Positions 11,158 to 21,413 of a stretch of 64,000 nt of DNA are shown piece after piece. This stretch comes from Candidatus Berkelbacteria bacterium (lineage in GTDB: Bacteria > Patescibacteriota > UBA1384 > XYA2-FULL-43-10 > 1-14-0-10-43-13). The DNA lies in contig JBAXEI010000004.1 in assembly GCA_037140515.1 (NCBI GenBank), positions 8,453-72,452 on the forward strand, written 5' to 3'. The position numbers and the translations under genes were made by a program. A model generated the notes under the pieces. That model searched no databases and was not told where the DNA came from. It worked only from the letters and a program-made list of their open reading frames with translations. The first letter of the stretch is position 1. Each line of letters starts with the position of its first letter.

Positions 11158-12195
11158 TTATACCGCATAGAACTTCAAGATAAGACTTTTCTTCTTTATG
11201 CTATCGATCCAATCAGTAAATTTCTCCTCGATCGAACCACTTTTTGATTCGACTAGAATAAGATGCCAGCCGTATTCAGTTCGAACAGGGGCAGACACTT
11301 GGCCTGCTTTAGCAGAAAAAGCTGCATCGGAGAAAGCATCTACCATTTCACCTTTAGCAAATGGAGCTAGTAATCCACCATTTGTAGCACTGGAGGTATC
11401 TTCTGAATATTTCTTGGCCGCATCAGCAAAGCTTAGCCCGGCACTAATCTCAGCGGCAATCGCATCGATCTTGGTTTTGGCAGCGGCTACGGCATCTGGA
11501 GTTGCTGAACTATCAGCGAGAATCAATATATGACTTGCAGTTACACGAGTGATCACAGCTTTGTCCAAGCCTTCACGGACAAGACGAACGTGCACGAGTT
11601 TGCGGAACTGTTTTGGTGTAAGTCCGTACATATCAGTCAAAGCTTTCTCAAATTTGTCTTGGCCACCGGCACCTTCAATGATCGCATTGATTGCAGCATC
11701 CTCATCAGCCTTTGTCACTTTGACATGGTGAATGATTGCTTCGTAGTTGACTATTTTGTTAGAGACCAAATCATCATAAATCTGCTGATCAATCTGAGTA
11801 TAATCCTCGATGCCTGCTTGCGCATAATTGTAGTAATGATGAACGTAGCCAACCTCATGAGTAAGCTCAGCATAGGTGACCGCATCATAGTTAACAAGTG
11901 TGACTGGATATGGAACTACTTTTGCAACTGCTTTCACATCAGCATCTTTTGACCTGTAACCGTAGATAAGCACCGCAAAATAGGTTATAGCGATCATGAT
12001 GATGATTGCAACAACATTTAAAGTTTTCACAAAAACCTTGAAACCAGAGCTTTCTGAAAGGTTTTCACAATATTCGCGTGAACTTTTATGAATGTCTTTT
12101 GTCTTTGATGCCAAATTCTTCGTGGCAGCGTGCACTTTTGATAAATCAACCTTCTTGATTTTCAAACCAGCAAGATTTACTTTTTTAATATCCAT
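11158..12195 (-). CDS. Membrane-anchored parvulin-type peptidyl-prolyl isomerase (PrsA/SurA-like)
   Basis: The C-terminal rotamase motif reads GGLLAPFAKGEMVDAF...YGWHLILVE. An N-terminal TM helix (VAIIIMIAITYFAVLIY) is present. Confidence 0.7.
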   Translation of the reverse strand: MDIKKVNLAGLKIKKVDLSKVHAATKNLASKTKDIHKSSREYCENLSESSGFKVFVKTLNVVAIIIMIAITYFAVLIYGYRSKDADVKAVAKVVPYPVTLVNYDAVTYAELTHEVGYVHHYYNYAQAGIEDYTQIDQQIYDDLVSNKIVNYEAIIHHVKVTKADEDAAINAIIEGAGGQDKFEKALTDMYGLTPKQFRKLVHVRLVREGLDKAVITRVTASHILILADSSATPDAVAAAKTKIDAIAAEISAGLSFADAAKKYSEDTSSATNGGLLAPFAKGEMVDAFSDAAFSAKAGQVSAPVRTEYGWHLILVESKSGSIEEKFTDWIDSIKKKSLILKFYAV

Positions 12196-12242
12196 TTTTA
12201 CTCCTGATCTTAATTAGATAGATTATAGTTCAATAAATTATT

Positions 12243-12815
12243 CTAGACAAGGCCACCCCAGCTAGAGGTCAGATAAACAAGGACGATAGCGACAAAAGTA
12301 AAAACAACATAAGTGATAAAGCTATTGTCGGTGTGCTTCGCAAGAATCGTATAACAAAAACCAACAAAAAGGTAGCAAATCGCCGAAATAATAAGGCTTT
12401 GACTGATCGGATTAATCAAAAAATAGCTTAAAATCAGGAATGCTTCAAGAACAATTAACGAAAAAAGTACTAGATAAATTGTCCTTTTCTTGCCCAAAAT
12501 TCCAATGCGGTGCTCGGTGTAGGAAAAAAGATAGCCAAAGATGAGCAAAATCGCAAGCATCACAATCCAAACTGGTAGCGCGAGCTGAAAGAGAAATATG
12601 TAAAGAGCATAAGAAACAATGAAGGACATCAGGATCAATATAAAAATTGCAGAGCTCTCCCGCCAAATTGAAACAAGGCCGACTAAGGAGATTATGGAAA
12701 TAAGGACAATCAGGGTTGTGACCCCACTGTTCTGTAAATAAAAAGTAAGAAATCCCCAAGCCAAAATCAGTGTAAGAATAATTTTTCGGACGACTGGATT
12801 GTGAAAAAAGGTCAT
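12243..12815 (-). CDS. Hypothetical polytopic membrane protein
   Basis: The ORF is 190 aa with about 6 hydrophobic helices. No family was recognised. Confidence 0.4.
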   Translation of the reverse strand: MTFFHNPVVRKIILTLILAWGFLTFYLQNSGVTTLIVLISIISLVGLVSIWRESSAIFILILMSFIVSYALYIFLFQLALPVWIVMLAILLIFGYLFSYTEHRIGILGKKRTIYLVLFSLIVLEAFLILSYFLINPISQSLIISAICYLFVGFCYTILAKHTDNSFITYVVFTFVAIVLVYLTSSWGGLV

Positions 12816-12820
12816 GTAGC

Positions 12821-14242
12821 CTACTTTTCAGACAGTGCTTTGTAGTCGCTGCCAATAATTAATTGAAGGTCTGGCCCTTCAGCGGATGATTTTGTTTTTA
12901 AAACAACACTACAATTATACTTGGCCATAAGCAAAGCAATTGCTTCTTTCTTGGCGTTGTTTGAATAATCATAAATTACGGTTTTATCGACAACTTCTTT
13001 GCTATTGCCGACCGATGTGATTGTCAGTGTTTTTTCCAATTGTAGATCCTTCGAAACTGTTGAGGCTAGGCCAACGGTTTTAGTACTGTTCAGAATCTCA
13101 AGCTTAGCCGGCGTTTCAACTTTGACAACTGTCGAGCCCGAAGTCAAGCCAACAGAAAAGATGTTCTTTAGCTCCTCTTGGATGTGAAGGAAATTGCCAT
13201 CTTTTGGCTTCAAATAGTAAAGCTTATCCGTAGGATCAGTGAAATCGATCAAATCACCATCAGGACTGTTTGATAAGACTTTTGAAATCGTATTTTCGCT
13301 TGAAATATCACCCATGGCGCTAATGACTGCTTTTAGCTCAGCTGGCGACAAATCGGTTCTGACGCTATCGCTAAGTGCGCTTATGATATCTAACAACTTT
13401 TTTGGATTAGCTATCAAGCCAGATTTCATGGCTTTATCTTTGATTGCAGATATGATTTTCTGTTGTCTAGCCGCGCGATCGAAATCAGAAGTTGATTCAC
13501 GAGAGCGTGCATACTTTAGCGCAGTTTTACCATCAAAATGCTGATCACCAGCCGCTACCTTGAAAGTGACGAAATCAACCATGTTGTCGGCAGGGAAATT
13601 TTTGTCAACTATCGCTTTGTCGACATGTACGTCAATGCCACCGAGCTGATCGATGATTTTCTCAAAGCCTGTAAATTCAACAGTTGCAGTGTAGTGGATT
13701 GGCATGTTCAGAGTTTTGGAAATAGTATCAGCGGACAATTTCGCTCCAGCAGCAAGTGCTTCATCCTTGCACTTTGCGGCATTTTTCGTATTACAATTTT
13801 TCGTCATGTATGCGTTGTAACCATCGGCAAAAGCTGCGTTGATCTTCTGATTTCCGTAGCCAGCAATTGAAACCTGCAGATCACGAGGAATTGAGATCAT
13901 GGCCGCTTTCTTATCGGCTTTTTTCACGCTCAGGATTATGATTGAGTCGGAGAGCGTACCGCCTGGATGATTTGTTCCACCCATTCCCAAAAACAAAATA
14001 TTAGTACGTCCATCAGTTTCCTTGAGATCCTGCTGACCGTATAAAGTTTTTAGTATTCCCGTGCCAGTGATTCCATTTTGAAAAATTTTCGAACCAGAGA
14101 ACATCGCGCTAGCGAGAAAGTAGGCAAGAGCAATGATGATTACGCCAAGAGAGATAAATGTAATTTTTCCGGCTTTAGTCTTGTAAAAACGAGTCTTCTT
14201 TGGTGTCTGAGACATATCTTTAGGTTCCATTATTTGATCCAT
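12821..14242 (-). CDS. LytR-CpsA-Psr (LCP) family cell-envelope polymer ligase
   Basis: An N-terminal TM anchor is followed by the LCP core NILFLGMGGTNHPGGTLSDSIIILSVKK...MISIPRDL. Confidence 0.8.
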   Translation of the reverse strand: MDQIMEPKDMSQTPKKTRFYKTKAGKITFISLGVIIIALAYFLASAMFSGSKIFQNGITGTGILKTLYGQQDLKETDGRTNILFLGMGGTNHPGGTLSDSIIILSVKKADKKAAMISIPRDLQVSIAGYGNQKINAAFADGYNAYMTKNCNTKNAAKCKDEALAAGAKLSADTISKTLNMPIHYTATVEFTGFEKIIDQLGGIDVHVDKAIVDKNFPADNMVDFVTFKVAAGDQHFDGKTALKYARSRESTSDFDRAARQQKIISAIKDKAMKSGLIANPKKLLDIISALSDSVRTDLSPAELKAVISAMGDISSENTISKVLSNSPDGDLIDFTDPTDKLYYLKPKDGNFLHIQEELKNIFSVGLTSGSTVVKVETPAKLEILNSTKTVGLASTVSKDLQLEKTLTITSVGNSKEVVDKTVIYDYSNNAKKEAIALLMAKYNCSVVLKTKSSAEGPDLQLIIGSDYKALSEK

Positions 14243-14276
14243 AGTAATTCTGAGATTAGTTTAGCAAATTAGTTAG

Positions 14277-14660
14277 TTACAGTCTAGCTTTTGGCTTAGT
14301 AATAAGCGGTTCACGCTCGTAATATGGTATTGCGGGTGCTCCAAAAGAACCCTCTTTGAGCCCGATAAAATTAATGCACTCACCTATTTTATACCCTAAA
14401 ATCGGAATATTCAAAGAGAACGCCATCGAATTTGCTATAGTTACGCCAACTCGAACTCCTGTGTAAGAGCCAGGGCCAATGCAAACAACGATTCCGCGAA
14501 TAGAGTGTAGTTTTTCACCAACAATTTCATCAATCCAAGAAAGCATAATTTCTGACTCATTTCGAGCCATCGTCTTCTCATGCTTATCAGTAATCTGAAA
14601 TTTTTCATCCAAAATTTCAATTACATTTTCATTGCTAGTTGTATCTATTTTCAAATACAT
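14277..14660 (-). CDS. tsaB: tRNA t6A37 threonylcarbamoyladenosine biosynthesis protein TsaB (short form)
   Basis: The GIVVCIGPGSYTGVRVGVTIANSMAFSLNIPILG motif is typical of YeaZ/TsaB. The ORF is only 127 aa, which is a truncated form. Confidence 0.6.
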   Translation of the reverse strand: MYLKIDTTSNENVIEILDEKFQITDKHEKTMARNESEIMLSWIDEIVGEKLHSIRGIVVCIGPGSYTGVRVGVTIANSMAFSLNIPILGYKIGECINFIGLKEGSFGAPAIPYYEREPLITKPKARL

Positions 14661-14662
14661 CT

Positions 14663-15091
14663 CTAAGCTACTTCCGTTATTTTACGTTCTGTCTCTGAAA
14701 TATATTCAAACTCTAGGAGTTGAACTTTATTTTTCAAGATTGAAATGACAGTCTCTGGCCATTCAACCACAATAAGATTTTTTGAATCATCAAGAAACTC
14801 GAAGAAACCAATCGACTCCAAGTCTTCTGGTGATGATAATCGATAGCAATCGATATGAATAAGCTGATTAAATCTGTCTGACTTTAATATTGGATATTTT
14901 TTTAAGATCACAAATGTAGGACTAGTCACGATCTTTTCGACGCCAAGAGCAGCTGCCAAATATTTCGTAAAAGTCGTTTTGCCACTACCCAAGTCCCCTT
15001 TCAACGCCAAAATCTGACCAGGTTTTACCATCTTGGCAAAGTTCTCGGCAAATTCTTTTGTTTCTTCTTCGTTGTGAGAAATAAATTCCAT
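14663..15091 (-). CDS. tsaE: tRNA t6A37 biosynthesis ATPase TsaE
   Basis: A Walker A motif reads GDLGSGKTTFTK and is followed by SPTF, as in the YjeE family. The gene is adjacent to tsaB. Its 5' end overlaps the upstream ORF by 67 nt, so the true start may be further downstream. Confidence 0.75.
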   Translation of the reverse strand: MEFISHNEEETKEFAENFAKMVKPGQILALKGDLGSGKTTFTKYLAAALGVEKIVTSPTFVILKKYPILKSDRFNQLIHIDCYRLSSPEDLESIGFFEFLDDSKNLIVVEWPETVISILKNKVQLLEFEYISETERKITEVA

Positions 15092-16692
15092 ATTATAAAG
15101 AGTAATGACGAAATAATTAATACTACTTTTTCATCTCCGCCCGCGACAGGCAAAATGCCCGATCCCGTGTAGTCTGAAGTTGAAATTGTAACATCTTCCG
15201 CCCTAAATGGCAATATTCTGTACTCATTTTTGTATAAAGAAACGATCCCGGCGACCTTGAAGATATCACCGACTTTCATCGGAGGCTTATCGATACCGGT
15301 CGATTCACGAATTAAAATCTTAATCTCCGTGGCACTTACCAGATCTGCCACATAGAATGTGTCGCCAGAAGTTTTTGAAATTCGACCTTGAATTTGGACA
15401 TATTGATCCGTGTATCTCTCGCCGATATCTGATATCGATAGCAATATTGGGGAAACAGGAATTTCGCCAGACTTCAGATTCACAGCGCTACTTGAGCTAA
15501 TCTTTATTCGATTAGCCGCCGTGAGTGAGCCAGAGACGCTGACCGAATCACCCTGTTTCAGCTCTGGAAATTCACCATAGTAATTGTATATTTCATAACC
15601 CTTTGACCCAGTAGACAGATAGAATATCTGATCAGAAAGAACACCCGGCCATGCCGTCACTCTCCCGTCAACTGTTGTGGCGCCATTTGTGCTAGCGATG
15701 CTGGCAGATGAAGGACTGGATCCTGAGCTAATAGCAACGACAGCTTCCTTGTATTGATTTTCATTTCCCGGTGTCGGCTGCGCTGTCCATCTCCAGCTTC
15801 CATCAAATAGCGCATATCCGAGATCTTTCTTCGCTTTATCATAGGTCACAGACGATTTGAGATCTCCATTTGGATCAAGAAGACGAGCACTGTCGGTGTC
15901 GTTATTTAAGAATATTCCGGTCATACTATGATAAAATGCCAGATAACCGTTTGGCTCAATCCGAACTCCTTTCGGTATAGTGTAGCCACTGCTACCGCCC
16001 TCCTCATCATCAACAACCCAGCCACTTAGATCAACGGCGATGGCGGTTTTATTATGAAGCTCAATAAATTCTTCTCTTGATTCATCAGCAGGATATGCCA
16101 AAACCTCAGAGAGCTCAACGCTATCCAAGTAAGTGGGCTTTTCATACTTTGCAAATGGGGACGGCACAGGAATCTCAACAAAATCAACTGAACAATCATC
16201 GGAATCGAATCCAAGAATCTTTCGTTCAAGCGAATGACCAGTTTTGACAACTTTGCTTGAAATGATACCCGGGTAAGCTGAGTTGCCCCACGCTATAGAA
16301 TCTATTTCGGCTCCTGCAGGGTCCAAAAGTACCACATAGTCACCATCGTTTGAGAGATTAATTGTCATTGCCTCTATACTAGGATCAAGATCATACAAAG
16401 TATGAAAACCTGCGGTATTTCTGGCAATAACAAAAAATGATTTGGCCTTTATTGTTCCGGAGACAATGATGAAAGGAGCAGGCTCATTTGATTTGAGTTC
16501 ATACCCCGATAAATCGAGATCTAGATCAGTCGGATTGTACAGCTCGATCCATTCCTCTTTGGAGTCAGTTCCAACAGTATCATAATAGACTTCGTTGATC
16601 TGCAAACCAGCCGTTGCAGCATGGACAGAAAAATTCGGACTTAGACTACAAAACAGAGCCACCAGCAGAATCAGGACATAAACCTTCTTCAT
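15025..16692 (-). CDS. Secreted lamin-tail-domain (LTD) protein with C-terminal TM anchor
   Basis: A signal peptide reads MKKVYVLILLVALFCS. Two LTD-like repeats are present: LQINEVYYDTVGTDSKEEWIELYN and SEVLAYPADESREEFIELHNKT. The C-terminus is hydrophobic and followed by KKKQK. Confidence 0.7.
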   Translation of the reverse strand: MKKVYVLILLVALFCSLSPNFSVHAATAGLQINEVYYDTVGTDSKEEWIELYNPTDLDLDLSGYELKSNEPAPFIIVSGTIKAKSFFVIARNTAGFHTLYDLDPSIEAMTINLSNDGDYVVLLDPAGAEIDSIAWGNSAYPGIISSKVVKTGHSLERKILGFDSDDCSVDFVEIPVPSPFAKYEKPTYLDSVELSEVLAYPADESREEFIELHNKTAIAVDLSGWVVDDEEGGSSGYTIPKGVRIEPNGYLAFYHSMTGIFLNNDTDSARLLDPNGDLKSSVTYDKAKKDLGYALFDGSWRWTAQPTPGNENQYKEAVVAISSGSSPSSASIASTNGATTVDGRVTAWPGVLSDQIFYLSTGSKGYEIYNYYGEFPELKQGDSVSVSGSLTAANRIKISSSSAVNLKSGEIPVSPILLSISDIGERYTDQYVQIQGRISKTSGDTFYVADLVSATEIKILIRESTGIDKPPMKVGDIFKVAGIVSLYKNEYRILPFRAEDVTISTSDYTGSGILPVAGGDEKVVLIISSLLFIIWNLFLTTKKKQKNLPRTLPRW

Positions 16693-16711
16693 GCACCCTC
16701 CGATTTATACG

Positions 16712-17776
16712 TCAGATAATTATCATTGCATCGCCGTACGAGTAAAAGCGATATTCATTCTTAATAGCTTCTTGATAAGCTGCTTTGATGTTGTCGGAAC
16801 CGGCAAATGCAGATACAAGCATGATTAGAGTTGATTTTGGCAAGTGAAAATTTGTAACAATCCCATCAACAATCTTAAACTTGTAGCCCGGATAAATATA
16901 AATGTCCGTCCAGCCTGAAATTGTACTTGCAGAAGATTCATTCAACGAACCAAGGATCTTTTCATCAGAAAAAACATACTCCAACACTCGTGTCGACGTT
17001 GTCCCAACGGTAACGATTCGGTGGCCAGTCTTCTTGGCTAAAATCAGTTTTCGGACAACATCCTTTTGGATTGAGAAGAACTCGCGATGAATTTGATGCT
17101 TTGTAATGTCATCGACTTTGACTGGTGCAAAAGTTCCAAGCCCAACATGAAGCGTCAGTTCCTCGACGTCAACGCCACGCTCGCGAAGATCAGAAAAAAC
17201 TTTTTCAGTAAAATGAAGCCCAGCAGTAGGTGCAGCAACACTTCCGCGCTCCTTGGCATAGACGGTCTGATAATTTTCTTTGTCTGCCTTCTTACGAATA
17301 TCGCTAACATCTCGTTTACTCTCAATATATGGAGGAATTGGCACGTTGCCGATCTTTTCGACTTCATCAAAAAAAGGTTCGCAATCGAGATTGAATTTTA
17401 CCGTATAACAATTATCATTTTGCGCGTTGACGACGCATTCGAGCAAAGAGCCGTCAAAAACGATTGTTGCCCCAATTTTCAAACCTTTACCAAGGACTTC
17501 CCACTCGCCGTCAATGAGTTCGTGATTTAGTAATATTTCGACTTTTCCGCCAGTTTCCTTCTTTTGCCCTACAAGTCTGGCCGGGTAAACCTTGGAATTA
17601 TTCAGGACCAAAATATCTCCCGCCCGGAGATATTTGCTTAGATTAAAAAACTTATCATGCACAATTTTGTGGTTAACTTTATCAAGAATCAAAAGTCTAG
17701 ATTCGTCTCTTGGTTCAGCGGGGTAATCGGCTATCAGTTTTTCTGGCAGTTCGTAATCGAAATCAGAAAGATTCAT
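16712..17776 (-). CDS. queA: S-adenosylmethionine:tRNA ribosyltransferase-isomerase
   Basis: The N-terminus reads MNLSDFDYELPEKLIADYPAEPRDESRLL. The protein is 354 aa, a size typical for QueA. Confidence 0.9.
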   Translation of the reverse strand: MNLSDFDYELPEKLIADYPAEPRDESRLLILDKVNHKIVHDKFFNLSKYLRAGDILVLNNSKVYPARLVGQKKETGGKVEILLNHELIDGEWEVLGKGLKIGATIVFDGSLLECVVNAQNDNCYTVKFNLDCEPFFDEVEKIGNVPIPPYIESKRDVSDIRKKADKENYQTVYAKERGSVAAPTAGLHFTEKVFSDLRERGVDVEELTLHVGLGTFAPVKVDDITKHQIHREFFSIQKDVVRKLILAKKTGHRIVTVGTTSTRVLEYVFSDEKILGSLNESSASTISGWTDIYIYPGYKFKIVDGIVTNFHLPKSTLIMLVSAFAGSDNIKAAYQEAIKNEYRFYSYGDAMIII

Positions 17777-17784
17777 CCATTTCC

Positions 17785-18651
17785 TTATTTTAAATCAACT
17801 TCTTTCCCCTCGGTTAGTTCACCCTCTTCTATTTCGTTATTATTCAAATCAACCTTTTGCGGTGCGACGGCTGGAGCTTCGCCACTCTTCGATACCACCT
17901 TAGCCTCAGTTGGTGCTGCATCCCTACTGGCAACAAATGAGCCTGGTGCAGGCACCGTTAGATTTGACTGTACAAGTCCGCCACTTTTTAGCCTATCTGC
18001 CATAGTCGTCTGACTGAGCAGCTCTCTGGCCTGAGATTCAATATCATCAATGTCCATGCCCCGATCAGGCTCAGCCTGCTTACTGATATCGGCTGCCTCT
18101 GGAGCTGGAGCACCCTCCTCGGTCAATGGCTCAATATGGGCTTCATGAAGATTAATGATCTGCTTTGCAACTGTATAAGGATTTGGTATTGCCGAAAAAA
18201 TAAAATTTTCTCGCTCCCCTGCTGTTTGAATATTTACATCGCCAAAGTGTAATAGCGTTGCAAAAATCCCCTTAACCTGCGCATTCACGTCCTGAACTTG
18301 ATGAAGATGTAGCTCAGAAATTTTGCGATTAAATAATCCTGCTTGGTCAATATCCACAATCCGATGATCTGTGACGATATAAACATCAAGATAATAGCTA
18401 ATAAAGCCAATAAGCTGGACAGACAAAATAAACATTGTATAGATCGTAAGGCCGCCGATGATCAGAGTACCAGTCTCATATGGAATATCAGCAGAATTCG
18501 CGGACCAATACATGAAAACTGCAATAATTGGCAAAATCATCAGTATTCCAGTAATCGCAAAAGGAATATAATTCCACCAATGTTTGCGGACTAGCAAAAA
18601 TACTTTCTCGCCCTTTTCCTGACTTGGAAAGTACTTGTCTTGTGTTGGCAT
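17785..18651 (-). CDS. Membrane protein with bacterial PH-like (YdbS/YdbT-type) domain and acidic C-terminal tail
   Basis: The N-terminus reads KVFLLVRKHWWNYIPFAITGILMILPI with two TM helices. A C-terminal low-complexity Ala/Glu/Pro-rich tail follows. Confidence 0.45.
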   Translation of the reverse strand: MPTQDKYFPSQEKGEKVFLLVRKHWWNYIPFAITGILMILPIIAVFMYWSANSADIPYETGTLIIGGLTIYTMFILSVQLIGFISYYLDVYIVTDHRIVDIDQAGLFNRKISELHLHQVQDVNAQVKGIFATLLHFGDVNIQTAGERENFIFSAIPNPYTVAKQIINLHEAHIEPLTEEGAPAPEAADISKQAEPDRGMDIDDIESQARELLSQTTMADRLKSGGLVQSNLTVPAPGSFVASRDAAPTEAKVVSKSGEAPAVAPQKVDLNNNEIEEGELTEGKEVDLK

Positions 18652-18852
18652 TTATCCTCCAAAAGCTCTAAAGCTGATAATGACGACGGAGGTAACAACT
18701 ACCGCCAAGGAAACAACAGAATATATAACAATAATGATTTTTGAAAGATCGCCAGAGTACCCAAATCTCCATAAATGGTAAATACCCGCTACGCTAAAAA
18801 TAATGAAAGCTAAAATAAAAGCAGTATAAAAACCAACGTATACACTATTCAT
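18652..18852 (-). CDS. Small hydrophobic protein (66 aa)
   Basis: Two TM helices are predicted. The gene is tightly packed between queH and the bPH-domain gene. Confidence 0.3.
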   Translation of the reverse strand: MNSVYVGFYTAFILAFIIFSVAGIYHLWRFGYSGDLSKIIIVIYSVVSLAVVVTSVVIISFRAFGG

Positions 18853-19436
18853 TACTCAAGTCTCCTTTCTTTTTTCGACTCAGCACAGCCACAAAATGAC
18901 GATACATAGACTGAGTGATTTCTTGCATAATTTCGCCCCATCCAAAATCCTTTGCGAAAATCTTGATAATAAAAATTTAGGTTATAATCCAGAGCTTTCT
19001 CATTTGCCACCTCGATAATCTCATCATGATTCTTGTATGGTGAGCAAAGCATTGACGTCGTAAAAAAGCTGGCTTTCATCTTTTTCGCTTGTTCGATCAT
19101 CCTCTGTATCAACAAAGAGTTACATAATTGGCAACGTCTTCGCTGGTAACGATCATGATCAGAAATATATTTCAGTGACTCTTTGTCCTTGTATGGAGCA
19201 ATCGAATTAGTAAATTCCGCAATTTCATGCTCAGGGATTATTAGCTTAATCTCGTTCTCTTCGCAATATTTCTCAAGGTCCCATAGTCTCTTCGCATACT
19301 CTTCCAAGCTATCAATCTGTGGATTATAAAACCAAGCAATAGGTGTGAATCCCGCCTTTGTGAGCTCAGAAAAAACGTGGCTAGCGCAAGCCGTGCAACA
19401 GGTATGGACCAAGATTTTTTTGTTTTCAGACACCAT
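18852..19436 (-). CDS. queH: Epoxyqueuosine reductase QueH (DUF208)
   Basis: The Cys-rich N-terminus reads ILVHTCCTACASHV and C-terminal Cys residues read SFCGCAES. The protein is 194 aa and lies two genes from queA. Confidence 0.6.
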   Translation of the reverse strand: MVSENKKILVHTCCTACASHVFSELTKAGFTPIAWFYNPQIDSLEEYAKRLWDLEKYCEENEIKLIIPEHEIAEFTNSIAPYKDKESLKYISDHDRYQRRRCQLCNSLLIQRMIEQAKKMKASFFTTSMLCSPYKNHDEIIEVANEKALDYNLNFYYQDFRKGFWMGRNYARNHSVYVSSFCGCAESKKERRLE

Positions 19437-19443
19437 GTAGTTA

Positions 19444-20538
19444 TTAAAAAAGAGTCGTTTGATTTCTCGAGTCTTTAATCGCCAAATGTTTATATGCCGA
19501 ACTTGTAATTATTCTACCACGATTTGTTCGATTGATAAAGCCGAGCTGAAGTAGGTAGGGCTCAATCACATCTTCAATTGTATCACGATCTTCAGATAGC
19601 GCTGCTGAGATAGTTTCGAGGCCCACTGGTCCGCCAGCAAATTTCTCGATAATCATCATCAGATAATCTCTGTCAGTACGATCTAGGCCGATCGTATCAA
19701 TATTAAGCTTTGAAATTGCATCTTCGGCAATTTGCTTATCAACTTTGCCCGAGTGCTTAAACTCAGCAAAATCACGAACTCGCTTCAGGATCCTGTTGGC
19801 AATTCGCGGAGTTTTGCGTGATCTAGTAGCGATCTCCGTCATCCCACCATCGTCAATTTCGATATTTAAGATACGAGCTGAGCGATCAATGATTTGAGAA
19901 AGCTCTGCTTCACTGTAGAATTCTAGACGATGGACCACAGCAAAGCGATCGCGAAGTGGCGAAGAAAGCGCCCCAAACTTGGTCGTCGCGCCGACAAAGG
20001 TGAAGTGTGGTAAGTTTATCCGCATGCTCTTGGCCGATGGACCTTTACCGAGAATAATATCAACAGCGTAGTCTTCCATCGCCGAGTACAAAACTTCCTC
20101 TAAATTTCTATTTAGTCTGTGAATTTCATCAATAAATAAGACATCCCCTTCACTCAGATTAGTAAGAAGAGAGACCAAGTCCCCTGCTCGCTGAATAGCT
20201 GGTCCCGAAGTAATGCGCAGATTGGTGCCAAGCTCGTTCGCGATGATATGGGCAAGCGTCGTTTTTCCTAGTCCTGGAGGACCATATAGCAAAATATGCT
20301 CGACTGGCTCACCACGTTTCTTGGCTGCCCCAAGAAAAATCTCGAGATTTTCACGGATTTCAATTTGCCCGACATAGTCCGTCAGCTTCTTTGGTCGCAG
20401 AGAATTGTCGAGATTATCGTCTTCCTCAATCTCGTTCACCGTACTCAAGCTCTCAATATTTTCCGTCGCCAAATCAACCTCAAAATTCTCATCTTTGTTT
20501 GATTTCGGAGCTTTTTTCTTGTAGTTGGTGTTCGCCAT
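19444..20538 (-). CDS. ruvB: Holliday junction branch migration ATPase RuvB, with about 45 aa acidic N-terminal extension
   Basis: The conserved block reads [12 protein letters not shown]...[23 protein letters not shown]. The sensor and arginine-finger regions are conserved. Confidence 0.9.
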   Translation of the reverse strand: MANTNYKKKAPKSNKDENFEVDLATENIESLSTVNEIEEDDNLDNSLRPKKLTDYVGQIEIRENLEIFLGAAKKRGEPVEHILLYGPPGLGKTTLAHIIANELGTNLRITSGPAIQRAGDLVSLLTNLSEGDVLFIDEIHRLNRNLEEVLYSAMEDYAVDIILGKGPSAKSMRINLPHFTFVGATTKFGALSSPLRDRFAVVHRLEFYSEAELSQIIDRSARILNIEIDDGGMTEIATRSRKTPRIANRILKRVRDFAEFKHSGKVDKQIAEDAISKLNIDTIGLDRTDRDYLMMIIEKFAGGPVGLETISAALSEDRDTIEDVIEPYLLQLGFINRTNRGRIITSSAYKHLAIKDSRNQTTLF

Positions 20539-20634
20539 AGGGCAATTATATCAAAAAGAGTTCACAATACTAGCCTTGGGTACAAATACCAAAAAATCCC
20601 CTTGCGAGGATTGATTGGTCAAATGATTAATTGT

Positions 20635-21393
20635 TTACTGAACAAATGCAAAAGTTGATAATATTTTTCTGTCGACAGCCATATTTGCCTTCATCTCGTC
20701 TTCATGATCTTTTGCGCCAATGTATCTTAATTGCGCGCGATAGAGATTGGTGCCATTTACAAAGAAATAATCCTCGGTATATTCAACACCCTCCTTATTC
20801 TGCTCAACATAATATGATGCAAGCCTAGAGTAACCAAGTACATCTCCGACTGTTACAGACTTAAAAACTGTATTAGATATTTTTTGAAATTTCGAGGACG
20901 GAACTAAAGCACGAATCATTCCTAATGGATCAGTCTCACCCGCAGGAAGATTAAAATCAAAAATCATACCACCTAATTTTATCTCAATAGCGTTTGTTGT
21001 AGTTTTTTGATCGAGATACAAACTATTTAGATTCAACCCATCGTTGTCAGTCCTTGTAGCACAGAGCTGATCGTACTTGGTAGCGCCCACTCCACATTCA
21101 AACTCGACATTATATTCTGCGGGAGCGTCGACTGTATAGCCATATTTCTGATTAAAATAGTTTTTCCAACCAGCTATTGGATCAGCAGCCGTTGTTCCAC
21201 TCGTCACCGCTATTCCACTAGTCGCAGCTTCATCTGCAAGTCTCTGATTTAGAGTGTCGAGCTCTGTTTGTAACTTATCCTTGTCCTTCTTTGCATGGCT
21301 ATCGATCAGATACCAAGTTCCGCCGCCAACAATCGCTGCTGTCGCCACCGCAGTGATGACAATAATCCAGATTCTTTTCATTTTCCCTCGCAA
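20635..21393 (-). CDS. Hypothetical membrane-anchored exported protein (TM + coiled coil + globular domain)
   Basis: The ORF is 252 aa. Its N-terminus (IWIIVITAVATAAIVGGGTWYL followed by a coiled coil) is paralogous to the adjacent 61 aa ORF. Confidence 0.4.
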   Translation of the reverse strand: MRGKMKRIWIIVITAVATAAIVGGGTWYLIDSHAKKDKDKLQTELDTLNQRLADEAATSGIAVTSGTTAADPIAGWKNYFNQKYGYTVDAPAEYNVEFECGVGATKYDQLCATRTDNDGLNLNSLYLDQKTTTNAIEIKLGGMIFDFNLPAGETDPLGMIRALVPSSKFQKISNTVFKSVTVGDVLGYSRLASYYVEQNKEGVEYTEDYFFVNGTNLYRAQLRYIGAKDHEDEMKANMAVDRKILSTFAFVQ

Positions 21394-21413
21394 GTTATTA
21401 ATTTAAATTTCAT

